From an uncultured Alphaproteobacteria bacterium (GTDB taxonomy: Bacteria; Pseudomonadota; Alphaproteobacteria; Rhizobiales; Xanthobacteraceae), in assembly GCA_963728585.1 (NCBI GenBank), contig CAVSLB010000006.1, positions 565,304-629,303 on the forward strand: a DNA stretch of 64,000 nt. The letters run 5' to 3'. Positions 1-8,289 of this stretch are shown here, piece by piece. The position numbers and the translations under genes were made by a program. A model generated the notes under the pieces. It ran no database searches. It was not told where the DNA came from and saw only the letters and a list, made by a program, of their open reading frames with translations. Every line of letters begins with the position of its first letter. The first letter of the stretch is position 1.

Positions 1-79
1 GTTGCAGATACGCGCTGAGTGCAAGCAGAAAAACCAGCAACGCCGGAGCTGTTATCGCGAAGTATGTGAAGATCGGCAT
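1..79 (-). CDS. partial CDS (N-terminus only, continues past window start); hydrophobic N-terminal segment, function unknown
   Basis: ATG at 79-77 on the minus strand opens MPIFTYFAITAPALLVFLLALSAYLQ..., open to the window edge. Absent from the ORF track because it is truncated. Confidence 0.3.
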   Translation of the reverse strand, partial: MPIFTYFAITAPALLVFLLALSAYLQ

Positions 80-117
80 TACTTTTCGAACCCCCCGCCC
101 CTCGACCACAGCGATCA

Positions 118-260
118 TTGTTGAAACAAGCGGGCCGCCGGACGGTGTGCGGGTGCCCGGCGGCCCTCACCGTTCGGGGACATTGGGACGTACCCCTGGG
201 GCTGAATGGAGATTACAATTCCGGTGGGTCGCCGACAGGACGACTTGGCGTCAACCTTAA
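118..260 (-). repeat. copy 1 (reverse orientation) of a ~145 bp structured intergenic repeat of unknown family
   Basis: Reverse complement starts TTAAGGTTGACGCCAAGT, contains GGAATTGTAATCTCCATTCAGCC and the hairpin GGGCCGCCGG-N15-CCGGCGGCCC. The same blocks occur at 30693-30832 and 37664-37812. Confidence 0.75.
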
Positions 261-419
261 TTCCGGCGGCCGCTTCCCGCGGCGCGGAAACCCGAGCATT
301 CTTGGCAAAAATATAGGGGCCGCGTTTCAACGGCCCCTATGAGTTTGGGTTGAAATGAACGCGAAAGTTTCGCAGGCTCTGCGGAGAGCGTTCAATATAT
401 ACAGTTATACGTGCGGAGA

Positions 420-545
420 TCAGCACCACGGCTCCCGCCGCGGGCAGCAAAGGTAGGGCCGCGCCAGCCCGTCGGCGATCAGCACCGCCGCAACGTCTTT
501 GCCTGCCGCCTTCAGCACACCGCAGCCTCGCCCGGACTATGGCAA
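420..545 (-). pseudogene. 3' fragment of a thermonuclease-like gene (paralogue of 1386-1818)
   Basis: About 120 nt align with 1386-1510, with a 12-nt gap. Minus strand reads ...GCGVLKAAGKDVAAVLIADGLARPYLCCPRREPWC* (stop at 420-422). No N-terminal part or start codon. Confidence 0.6.
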
Positions 546-554
546 TCGGCTGTG

Positions 555-1289
555 CTATTCGCGTGGGTAAACAAACACGAAGCGGACGCGCGAGTGCACG
601 AGGGAATCAGAGGGCGCGTCGCCGCCAACGACGCCACCAATGAGGAGGAGTGATGAGCCGCCGTTGGCCACTGTAAACTGAACAAGGCCGCCCGCACGGG
701 TGGCAATCGGCTCCATCGCGATATGAAGAAATTCGCTCAGTGGTTGATCCAAATACTGGAGCCGCAGTTGCGGTCCGACCTCAGGGGGACAGAGTTCAAA
801 GCCGAGTTGCTTCGCTCGCGCATAAACCTCCGCAATTGGCGCACCGTCGTATCCGAACCCCAACTCAGAAACCGAGAGGACGACGAGATTCACTTCCGCT
901 TTCGTCGTCCTCAGGACGAAGGCAGGTCGATCAATAATTGCCAATGCCGAATTGCCAAGAGCACACCGCGGCGTCGGCAGTTTCATCGCGCCGATGGGAA
1001 ATATGGCCTGGCCGCTATTACCGTCCCATGAGTTTTCCAGCCCACAGTTTAGCGAAAGCAAATCTTCGCGAAGGATATTGACGGCACTGTAAGTGCCGAG
1101 CGCGATCGTTTTCCAGGTCGTGGTACTCCCAGCTGCCTTGGCATCGGTCAACACGGTCCATTGATCCTCCGATGCACTAGGCGCCCGAATAGGGCTTCGC
1201 GTATCCGATTGCGCGAGAGGTGCGTTGGCAGCTCCGAGACTGACAACCAAAACGCACGCGGTGCTCAGAAAACGGCGCTGGAGCCTCAT
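555..1289 (-). CDS. secreted hypothetical protein
   Basis: ORF 555-1313. The internal start MRLQRRFLSTACVLVVSLGAANAPLAQS looks like a Sec signal peptide. No domain recognised. Confidence 0.6.
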   Translation of the reverse strand: MRLQRRFLSTACVLVVSLGAANAPLAQSDTRSPIRAPSASEDQWTVLTDAKAAGSTTTWKTIALGTYSAVNILREDLLSLNCGLENSWDGNSGQAIFPIGAMKLPTPRCALGNSALAIIDRPAFVLRTTKAEVNLVVLSVSELGFGYDGAPIAEVYARAKQLGFELCPPEVGPQLRLQYLDQPLSEFLHIAMEPIATRAGGLVQFTVANGGSSLLLIGGVVGGDAPSDSLVHSRVRFVFVYPRE

Positions 1290-1385
1290 GGCATCCTCCG
1301 CTGGTTCCGCCATGCGATTGAACGACGGATGAAAGGCAGGACCCTTACGCGCTGAGTATCAATAGGAGCCACGCCACTACGCGGC

Positions 1386-1818
1386 TCAGCACCAAGGCTC
1401 CCGCCGCGGGCAACTATCGCCGCTGCAAAGGTAGGGCCGCGCTAATCCGTCGGCGATCAGCACGTCCGCAACGTCTTTGCCCGCCGCCTTCAGCACTCCG
1501 CACGCTCGCTCGGAATTGCAGGCTGGCGTACCTTCGGTTCCAGCCGGACAGGAGCATTGGACAAGCGCGAGGTCGAGGCCACCGCCGGCAACGAGCTGGC
1601 GCAGCTTGAGCGCGGCCTTGGCCGCAAGCGATCGCTCAGAATTCGCAGTTCGCATACATATCCGCTTCCGGCGTGTCGAAGCCAACTAGGCCGACGGTCT
1701 TCCCGCCGGCAGTAATGGTGTCGGCATCGATCACCTGGATCGCGCCGGATGCGACGGGGTCGGCGCTTGCGTTCGCGGCAATCAGGAGCAAGAGGCAGGC
1801 GAGAGCCGGAATCCTCAT
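1386..1818 (-). pseudogene. thermonuclease (SNase-like) family protein, frameshifted by +1 nt near 1640
   Basis: ORF 1636-1818 gives a signal peptide plus VIDADTITAGGKTVGLVGFDTPE (SNase-like motif). ORF 1386-1685 gives the C-terminal Cys-rich part (...CGVLKAAGKDVADVLIADGLARPYLC...). Deleting one base of the AA/TT pair at 1640-1641 joins ...ANCE-SERSLAAKAALKL... Confidence 0.75.
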
Positions 1819-1871
1819 TGTAGTTGTCCTCTGTTGTTATACCGTCTCCTATAACGGCACTGACGACATGC

Positions 1872-2366
1872 CTACGGGACGCGTTTCCACTTCAACTCGT
1901 TTGAGCCGCCGGAGGCGGCGACCTCACTGGACAATGTCAGTTCGTCAGTGGAAAGCGCGAGAGACCACTTGCGATCCGTACCATTGAAACTTGGAAATGA
2001 GCTGCTCTCGACGTGCTGGGTGAGTAATTTGCCCGTAGCGTCGATCGAATATGTCCCGAAATATGAGAGGACGCCCTGGGCCATGGACTCAAATTCGTTT
2101 CCAGCATCAGACCCAGTATCAGACCGAAGAATTTGGTAATTAAATTGGCCAGTGCTGGCGAAAGACTGCGTGCCTGCCCCGTTTCCGCCGAAAGGATCGA
2201 ACTTGGTGCCATCGGGCCGGGTGTCGACCGCCGACACGAACTTCCAGGTTCCGACAAGCTGTTCCTTGAGCGATTTTTCTTGGGCGAAAGCGTCGCCCGA
2301 CACCCAGCCGGCCGTTCCTCCTATTGCTATGATCACCGCCAGAACGAGAATCTCACGTCGACGCAT
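1872..2366 (-). CDS. lipocalin-like domain-containing secreted protein
   Basis: Signal peptide MRRREILVLAVIIAIGGTAGWVSGDAFAQ followed by LVGTWKFVSAV...GTYSID..., typical of the bacterial lipocalin-like domain family. SD GAGGAGG lies upstream. Confidence 0.75.
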   Translation of the reverse strand: MRRREILVLAVIIAIGGTAGWVSGDAFAQEKSLKEQLVGTWKFVSAVDTRPDGTKFDPFGGNGAGTQSFASTGQFNYQILRSDTGSDAGNEFESMAQGVLSYFGTYSIDATGKLLTQHVESSSFPSFNGTDRKWSLALSTDELTLSSEVAASGGSNELKWKRVP

Positions 2367-2516
2367 CGTGACCTCCTCTTTTGCCTAGAATAAATAGAAG
2401 TCCGCGCCTGCATGGCGCCGTGCAGTAATGGTAGGCGTTGATCAAGCGAGAGCTGGCATCCTCATTATAGTAGTCCTCTGTTGTTGTACCGGCTCCTATA
2501 TGCGGCACTGACATGC

Positions 2517-3036
2517 CTACTGGACGCGTTTCCATTTCAACTCGTTTGAGCCGCCGGAGGCGGCGACCTGACTGGCCAATGTCAGCTCGTCAGCGGAAAG
2601 CGCGATGGACCACTTCCGGTCAGCTCCGTTGAAATTCGGGAATGAGCTGCTCTCGACGTGCTGGGTGAGTATTTTGCCCGTAGTGTCGATCGAATATGTC
2701 CCGAAATATGAAAGGACGCCCTGGGCCATGGACTTAAATTCCTCGGGGGTGCCCTGCTGACGATTGTTGGATGCCAGCTTTGGAATATCAGATCGGATAT
2801 TCTGGAACGAGAAATGCGAGAGACCATCGAACGTCATCAAACCTGTCCCCTTGCCGTCGGTGGGATCAAACCGGGTGCCATCGGACCGGGTGTTGACAAC
2901 AGAGACTAACGCCCATGTTCCGACGAGCTGTTCCTTGACCAATTTTTCTTCGGCAGAAGAGTCGCCCGACAACCAGCCGGCGGTTGCTCCTATTGCTATG
3001 ATCACCGCCAGAACGAGAATCTCACGTCGACTGCAT
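2517..3036 (-). pseudogene. tandem paralogue of the lipocalin-like gene with a 1-nt insertion in codon 2
   Basis: Same SD and ATG context as copy 1 (ggaggtcacgATG). Copy 1 reads ATGCGTCGACGTGAG (MRRRE). Copy 2 reads ATGCAGTCGACGTGA, so the extra base at 3032 puts a stop at codon 5. The conserved ...RREILVLAVIIAIGATAGW... continues in the next frame with no in-frame start. Confidence 0.7.
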
Positions 3037-3458
3037 CGTGACCTCCTCTTTTGCCATGAATAATAGAAGTCCGCGCCACCAAGGCGCGTGCCCGTATGCG
3101 CGGGGCTGCTCCCGCTTCGAAAGCCAGTTCTGATGAGTGCGAGAATGCCTACCGACGGCACCAGGGCTGCAAACGATAGAAGCGGAGACTTCGGTACGTC
3201 GCCGTTTTGAGCAGCTCTTCGGACAAACCAACGTTTGTTCGGTAGCCGATAGTGGACCTTCTGTGGAGAAAGACAATAGACATTCGCCGCTGCGCGCGAA
3301 CAGCCTGTCAGGCTGGTGTCGTTTAGAAGGACCTTAAGTGCCGGGCGTTCTGTTATGCCTGTTGCCTGGTCACCAACTACGTAAGGCGAGCTGACGTACC
3401 CGCTGCAAGCGAAGGTAATCCCCACCACTGATGAAACACAAACTGCTGCCGATCTTCG

Positions 3459-3480
3459 CCGCCCTTTTGGGCGGTTTTTT
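3459..3480 (+). terminator. rho-independent terminator-like hairpin with no obvious upstream gene
   Basis: CCGCCC-TTTT-GGGCGG followed by T6. Confidence 0.45.
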
Positions 3481-3580
3481 ATTGGCCTGGTCGGTCATGC
3501 CGCCTGTGCAAGCAAACGCTGGCCCGGCGTTGCGCCGATGATCTTCTGTTTTATCCCGCCTGCCACTGGAGATGTGACCC

Positions 3581-3769
3581 ATGTTCTACATCGCTATCCC
3601 GTCGCTCATCTTCGGCCTGTTCATGGCCTGGATGGCCTGGGGCGACAGGAAGTATGAGCCGGACCCGCTCAGGCTCGGCCCCTGGGGTCACTACAGCCTG
3701 ACGGTCGCGCTGCTTGTCGGCTCCGCGTCAACCGTCGCCACCGCCATTGGCGTGGTGTTCTTCGGATGA
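3581..3769 (+). CDS. small two-TM membrane protein (holin-like position in the lysis cassette)
   Basis: GGAG SD 9 nt upstream. 62 aa with two hydrophobic segments. Its stop overlaps the lysozyme start (ATGA at 3766-3769). Confidence 0.55.
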   Translation: MFYIAIPSLIFGLFMAWMAWGDRKYEPDPLRLGPWGHYSLTVALLVGSASTVATAIGVVFFG

Positions 3770-4872
3770 GCGAGAAATTTCACAGCAAGCTCGTGTTCGC
3801 GGCGGCGGGCCTGATCTTCTTCGGCGGCGTGATCGTCTGGACACTCGTCTACGGCAAGCCGGAGAACTCCCTGCATGTAAGCGCGCAGTCCTGGAGCTTC
3901 ATGCTCTGCGCCGGCCTTTTCGCCGGCATTGGCTTCGGCGCCATCGCGCATCTCATCCCCGGATTCAAGGCTCCTGAAAAATCAACGCCGGCGACGACGC
4001 CGCCACCCGTCCGAGATAAAACCAGAATGAAACGCAAGCTTGGCAAGAAGGGCCTCGATCTCATCAAGAGCTTCGAGTCCTTCGTCCCCTATGTTTATGA
4101 CGACCTCATTCCCCCGGTTAAGGGAAAATATCGGGAGTGGAACGGCGGCGCGGTCAAGGGAACGCTGACCATCGGCTACGGCCACACCGACGCGGCCAAA
4201 CATCCGCTCAAGATCGAGCGGGGCCTCAAAATATCGCAAGCCAGGGCGCTGGAAATCCTCGACGTCGATCTCGATGAGTGCGAGGAGGCGGTGGACCGGC
4301 TGGTCAGGGTTTCGCTCACCCAAGGCCAGTTCGACGCGCTGGTTTCCTTCGCCTTCAACTGCGGCACCGGCAATCTGCGGAAGTCCTCGCTGCTGAGGAA
4401 ACTCAACGCCGGCGATTATGATGGCGCCCGCGCGTGCTTCGATCTCTACACCCGCTCCAAGGGGAAAGTTCTGCGCGGCCTTGTGCGCAGGCGCGATGCC
4501 GAGCAGGCTTTGTGGGGCGATACCGCCGATGGCGTGCTGCTTCCGGAGGAGCCGGTCACGCACCCGGCGGAAGTCGACGCTCCCATTGCGCCCATCGATG
4601 CCCCGCCGCCGGCGCAGCAGGACGATGCCCCGCCGCAGGCCGCGCCCGAACCGGCATCCAGGACCGGCATCAGCGAAGGCGCGAAAGTCGGCATCGGCGC
4701 CGGTTTCGTCGGTCTGTTGACGCAAGCCTGGGAAGTCCTCACGCAAGCACCCGAAACACTGTTGCAAGCGATGGTCGCTGCGACACAGAAGCCCGCCTTC
4801 TGGATCTTTGCCGTTGTGATCGGCGCTTGCGTCTATGTCTGGCATCGCCGCAGTCAACAGAAAGTGGCCTAG
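3766..4872 (+). CDS. GH24 (phage T4-type) lysozyme with N-terminal and C-terminal TM segments and a Pro-rich linker
   Basis: LDLIKSFESFVPYVYDD...GTLTIGYGHT...LTQGQFDALVSFAFNCGTGN...RGLVRRRDAEQALW matches the GH24 E/D/T catalytic-core pattern. Hydrophobic N-terminus (2 segments) and C-terminus (FWIFAVVIGACVYVW). Confidence 0.85.
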   Translation: MSEKFHSKLVFAAAGLIFFGGVIVWTLVYGKPENSLHVSAQSWSFMLCAGLFAGIGFGAIAHLIPGFKAPEKSTPATTPPPVRDKTRMKRKLGKKGLDLIKSFESFVPYVYDDLIPPVKGKYREWNGGAVKGTLTIGYGHTDAAKHPLKIERGLKISQARALEILDVDLDECEEAVDRLVRVSLTQGQFDALVSFAFNCGTGNLRKSSLLRKLNAGDYDGARACFDLYTRSKGKVLRGLVRRRDAEQALWGDTADGVLLPEEPVTHPAEVDAPIAPIDAPPPAQQDDAPPQAAPEPASRTGISEGAKVGIGAGFVGLLTQAWEVLTQAPETLLQAMVAATQKPAFWIFAVVIGACVYVWHRRSQQKVA

Positions 4873-5235
4873 ATGCTCGGCGCATGGACCTTCGCCAATC
4901 TCTGGAACCTGCTGCTCGGCTCTTTCTCGCTCGCAAGCCTGATCGGCATGGCCGCGGCCGCCGTCGCGGTGCTGAGCCCGCCGTTTCTTTCCGCTCTCAT
5001 CCCCAACCTGCGCTGGATCGCGGTCTATGTCGCGCTCGGCGCCTTCTCTTACTCCTTCGTCGCAGGAAAGTTTTACCATGACGGACTTACCGCCAAGCAA
5101 TCGGAATGGGACGCGGCGCTGGCGCGCGAGGCTGTCGACGGCGAAAAGGCGCGCCGCGATGCCGAGCGCTCTGTTGCTCGCGACACTCCTGACAGCCTGC
5201 GCACCGACCCGCGCAACCGTGACAACTGGAAATAG
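4873..5235 (+). CDS. membrane protein with charged C-terminal tail (i-spanin-like or holin-like)
   Basis: Starts immediately after the lysozyme stop (TAGATG). Hydrophobic N-terminal ~70 aa, then KQSEWDAALAREAVDGEKARRDAER... Confidence 0.55.
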   Translation: MLGAWTFANLWNLLLGSFSLASLIGMAAAAVAVLSPPFLSALIPNLRWIAVYVALGAFSYSFVAGKFYHDGLTAKQSEWDAALAREAVDGEKARRDAERSVARDTPDSLRTDPRNRDNWK

Positions 5236-5369
5236 CGTGGCAGATTTCAAGGCGCGCTGCTCCGGCTGGCGCGCGATCAGCTTTCTCCGCCAAGGGCGAC
5301 ACCCCGCGCACCATCAAAGAAGTCCGCACGCATAATCAGACGGGCAAGAACAAGAAGTGTTGGAAGTGA
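5159..5369 (+). pseudogene. candidate o-spanin-type lipoprotein overlapping the previous gene out of frame; +1 frameshift near 5283
   Basis: ATG at 5159 inside 4873-5235 in another frame: MPSALLLATLLTAC (lipobox LTAC)APTRATVTTGNSVADFKARCSGWRAISF. Deleting one T of TTT 5282-5284 continues ...SAKGDTPRTIKEVRTHNQTGKNKKCWK*, stop 5367-5369. Confidence 0.45.
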
Positions 5370-5623
5370 TGCACGAGCCCGGCGACTACAAACACTGGCA
5401 CCTCGACAGGCGCGTCCCGCTCGCGCTCATCGTCACGATTGTCATGCAAACCGCGGGGCTGGTGTGGTGGGCCTCCAGCCTTTCCGAACGGGTCAATTCG
5501 CTCGAGCGCACGCGGGAAGCCACGGCTCCGCAAGCCGACCGCCTGACCAGGGTGGAGGTCAAGCTGGAGGTCGTGCAGCAGGGCATCGACCGCATCGAGC
5601 GGCTGATCCGCAAAGACCCGTAA
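5369..5623 (+). CDS. small membrane-anchored coiled-coil protein
   Basis: ATG overlaps the preceding stop (TGATG). MHEPGDYKHWHLDRRVPLALIVTIVMQTAGLVWWASSL, then a heptad-like segment. Confidence 0.5.
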   Translation: MHEPGDYKHWHLDRRVPLALIVTIVMQTAGLVWWASSLSERVNSLERTREATAPQADRLTRVEVKLEVVQQGIDRIERLIRKDP

Positions 5624-5768
5624 CACTCCGATAGAGGGGGGCGGCAATGCCCTTCCGCCGGTGGCTGCCGAACGTGCTGCTGGCACTGATCGGCAGCGCC
5701 ATCCTGTTCGCCGTCGTCATCGCGCGATCGCGCAAACACCGAAAATCAAAACCCACGAGAGGCAACGA

Positions 5769-6650
5769 ATGCGCCTGATCCGCGCCGCGACCATCATGCT
5801 CGCCTTTTGCTCCGCGCCGACGCCGGCGCCGGCGCAAGGCTGGCCGGTCAGGGAGATCAATCATGCCATTGAGCAGACCAATTTCATCGTCAACGGCGGC
5901 TGCTCGGGCACGCTGATCAGCATCCGCGAAAAGCTGATCCTGACCAATTACCATTGCATCGAGCGTGAGGTTTCCTCGATCGAGCGCGAGGTGATGGACG
6001 AGCAGGGCTTTGTGCGCAAGGTGAAGGTCCGCAAATACAACGACGTCCCGGTGGTGCAGAACCGCTATGACGGTTTTATCCGCACCGGCTCGGCCTCCTA
6101 TGTCACCGAGATCGTGGCGGAGGCGAAGACCCGCGACCTTGCGCTGCTGAAAATCAAGGGCGAGATCCCCCACACTTATGCCAGCCCGTTGCTGCCGGAC
6201 GGCGAGAAGGTCGTGCGCGGCGAGCGCGTCTACACCGTGGGCAATCCGGCCGGCGAGGATGCCTCGCTGGTCGAGGGCATCGTGTCAAACGTCAACCGCA
6301 CCTTTGAGTTCGCCTGGACCGACGGCGCCAAGCTGCCGATGATCCAGTTCTCCGGCGGGCTGTTCGGCGGAAATAGCGGCGGCGCCTTATACGACTCCCG
6401 GGGACGGCTGATCGGCGTTCCCGCCGCCGGCTATCCCAGCGCCACTTTCATCGGCTTCGCCATTCCGGTCGAAGTGGTCAAGCTGTTCCTGCAGGACGAC
6501 TGCCTTGCTTCGGTGTTTGACGACGCGGCCGACGACAAGAAATGCCGCGCGGAAAAGGAGCCCGGAAGAAGAAAGATTAGGGCGGCGACGCCAGAGGGAT
6601 TGGCGGCTGCGCCAAAGGTAGAAATTCCAAAGCTACGGGTTTCGGGTTAG
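5769..6650 (+). CDS. trypsin-like (S1 family) serine protease, secreted
   Basis: Signal-like MRLIRAATIMLAFCSAPTPAPAQG. His motif LTNYHCI and Ser motif GNSGGALYD. Confidence 0.8.
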   Translation: MRLIRAATIMLAFCSAPTPAPAQGWPVREINHAIEQTNFIVNGGCSGTLISIREKLILTNYHCIEREVSSIEREVMDEQGFVRKVKVRKYNDVPVVQNRYDGFIRTGSASYVTEIVAEAKTRDLALLKIKGEIPHTYASPLLPDGEKVVRGERVYTVGNPAGEDASLVEGIVSNVNRTFEFAWTDGAKLPMIQFSGGLFGGNSGGALYDSRGRLIGVPAAGYPSATFIGFAIPVEVVKLFLQDDCLASVFDDAADDKKCRAEKEPGRRKIRAATPEGLAAAPKVEIPKLRVSG

Positions 6651-6717
6651 TATGCTATCGTTTCCGAGTTCCTGGTCTTCGCGGGACGTCGGCTCGTCTC
6701 TCCAAGGGAGAAGGCCC

Positions 6718-7533
6718 ATGAAAACAGTGCTCGGGTTGTCCGTTGCTCTGGCGGTTACGCAAGTTGCACAAGCCGCGGATATCGAGGCCGGAAAAGAGAT
6801 GGCCGAGGCTGTGTGCGCGGCATGCCACGGCGCAAACGGCGTCAGCGTCAGCGATACCACCATTCCCAATCTCGCCGCGCAGCGCGTGGGCTATCTCGAG
6901 GCGCAGCTGAAGGCATTCAAGGAAGGCACGCGCAAGGCACAGGCCGCGACGAGTCCGACCGCTATCATGAATGCGATTGCGGCCCAACTCAGCGCCGAGG
7001 ATATCGCCAACGTCGCGGCGTATTTTGCCTCGCAGCCAGGTGCGGTGGCGGGCACCAAGTCCGCGTTGCTGCCGAACTTCGCAACGACCAGAGTGACCTT
7101 CCCCGAAGGCTACAAGGACTCGTACACGAAGTACCTCACCATCAACTTCCCCGCGACCAAGCAGGTGCGCCACTACTACGCCAACTCAGCCGCGCTGGCG
7201 GCGGCGAAGGCGGGCCAGCCGCTGCCCGACGGCTCGGTGCTGTTCGTCGAAGTGTATGCGGCGAAACTTGACGCCGACAAAACACCGATCACCGGCGGCG
7301 ACGGCTTCTACGAGGCGGATAAACTCATCCTATACACGGCGATGGCGCGCGAAGAGGGCTGGGGCAAGGACATCCCCGAGAAGCTGCGCAACGAAAATTG
7401 GAACTACGCGATTTTCACGACCGACAAGCAACAGCGGCCGGGTGTGAACCAGGCCGAATGCCTCGCCTGCCACAAACCGCTCGACAAGGTCAGCTACACC
7501 TTCACGCTGAAGCAGCTCGCCGGCGCAAAGTAA
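6718..7533 (+). CDS. c-type cytochrome fused to a cytochrome P460-family domain
   Basis: Signal peptide MKTVLGLSVALAVTQVAQA. First CxxCH (CAACHG) sits in a class I cytochrome c-like domain. The C-terminal ~170 aa carry a late CLACHKP and ...PDGSVLFVEVY...NWNYAIF..., as in the P460 / cytochrome c'-beta fold family. Confidence 0.75.
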   Translation: MKTVLGLSVALAVTQVAQAADIEAGKEMAEAVCAACHGANGVSVSDTTIPNLAAQRVGYLEAQLKAFKEGTRKAQAATSPTAIMNAIAAQLSAEDIANVAAYFASQPGAVAGTKSALLPNFATTRVTFPEGYKDSYTKYLTINFPATKQVRHYYANSAALAAAKAGQPLPDGSVLFVEVYAAKLDADKTPITGGDGFYEADKLILYTAMAREEGWGKDIPEKLRNENWNYAIFTTDKQQRPGVNQAECLACHKPLDKVSYTFTLKQLAGAK

Positions 7534-7584
7534 GCCGCGTGACACCGGCTGCATTGCCGAAGAAACAGACACCGCAAAAATGAG

Positions 7585-7613
7585 AAGGCCGCCTCTTGGG
7601 CGGCCTTTCTTCT
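7585..7613 (+). terminator. rho-independent terminator after the cytochrome gene
   Basis: AAGGCCGCC-TCTT-GGGCGGCCTT followed by a T-rich tract. Confidence 0.7.
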
Positions 7614-7870
7614 GATTGCCTGATTTCGTTTCGTGCCTCTCGCCGTCCGGCTTGGCGCTCGCCTTTCTAGAATAGGCGCTTTGTTCGATGCAGGTGTTTA
7701 GCCCACTCGTCGGCATAGGTGAGAACGCCTTTCTTTACGGTTGCCATTGTTGTTCTGCTTCAAGTTTGTAGCGTTCTTTTATACTGATCTTCCCCCAGCG
7801 CAAACTCCTCAGCCTCACCTCGCCATCCTTTCCGATCCCGATCCCGTCAATTCCTGCGGAGGGCTGATCC

Positions 7871-8065
7871 GTGTCTGATGACGACTATTGGCCGGCAGAG
7901 CCTTTCCTCGGCATCGGCTCGACCCACACCCTCTCCGAGCGCGCCGTGAAAAAGAGCAGAAAAGAACCGATCGGCTTTGTGCATTTCCCCGAAAAGCCGA
8001 AAGCCAAATCCAGACGCGCGCCGAAGCCTCATCCCAAGCCGAAATCCAAAAGGCGCAAGCGATGA
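7871..8065 (+). CDS. small Lys/Arg/Pro-rich protein, first of four translationally coupled genes
   Basis: GTG start. Stop overlaps the next start (ATGA at 8062-8065). Confidence 0.45.
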   Translation: MSDDDYWPAEPFLGIGSTHTLSERAVKKSRKEPIGFVHFPEKPKAKSRRAPKPHPKPKSKRRKR

Positions 8066-8289
8066 GGTTTTCCGCCGAGCTCACCGCCGCTTTCCTGATC
8101 CTTGCCTCCATGTGGTGCGCTGCCGACAAGAGCTTGCTGGCGCCGTGGCTGGGCATGCTCGGCTGCATCATCCTGGTCGCGCTCTTTATCCAACAACAGC
8201 AATGGGGGCTGCTGCCGATGGAGCTATTCGCCATCGCGCTTTATTGCAGGCAAGCGCTGCGCTGGCGCAATGCGCGGGTGACACGATGA
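8062..8289 (+). CDS. small two-TM membrane protein
   Basis: MRFSAELTAAFLILASMWCAA...GCIILVALFIQQQQWGLLPMELFAIALY. ATGA overlaps at both ends (8062, 8286). Confidence 0.5.
   Translation: MRFSAELTAAFLILASMWCAADKSLLAPWLGMLGCIILVALFIQQQQWGLLPMELFAIALYCRQALRWRNARVTR

Noticed and set aside
2517-3428. Taking the whole 303-aa ORF as a long N-terminally extended lipocalin protein
   Set aside because: The upstream 130 codons have no coding character or homology to copy 1. The duplicated SD and ATG of copy 1 sit at 3036, one base out of frame.
3982-5250. 422-aa minus-strand ORF across the lysozyme region; similar long antisense ORFs at 25291-26091, 13018-13902, 18797-19339, 53445-54332 and 59424-60200
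   Set aside because: Their composition is Arg/Gly/Ala/His-rich and typical of antisense frames in high-GC DNA. Each overlaps a gene with clear family motifs on the other strand.
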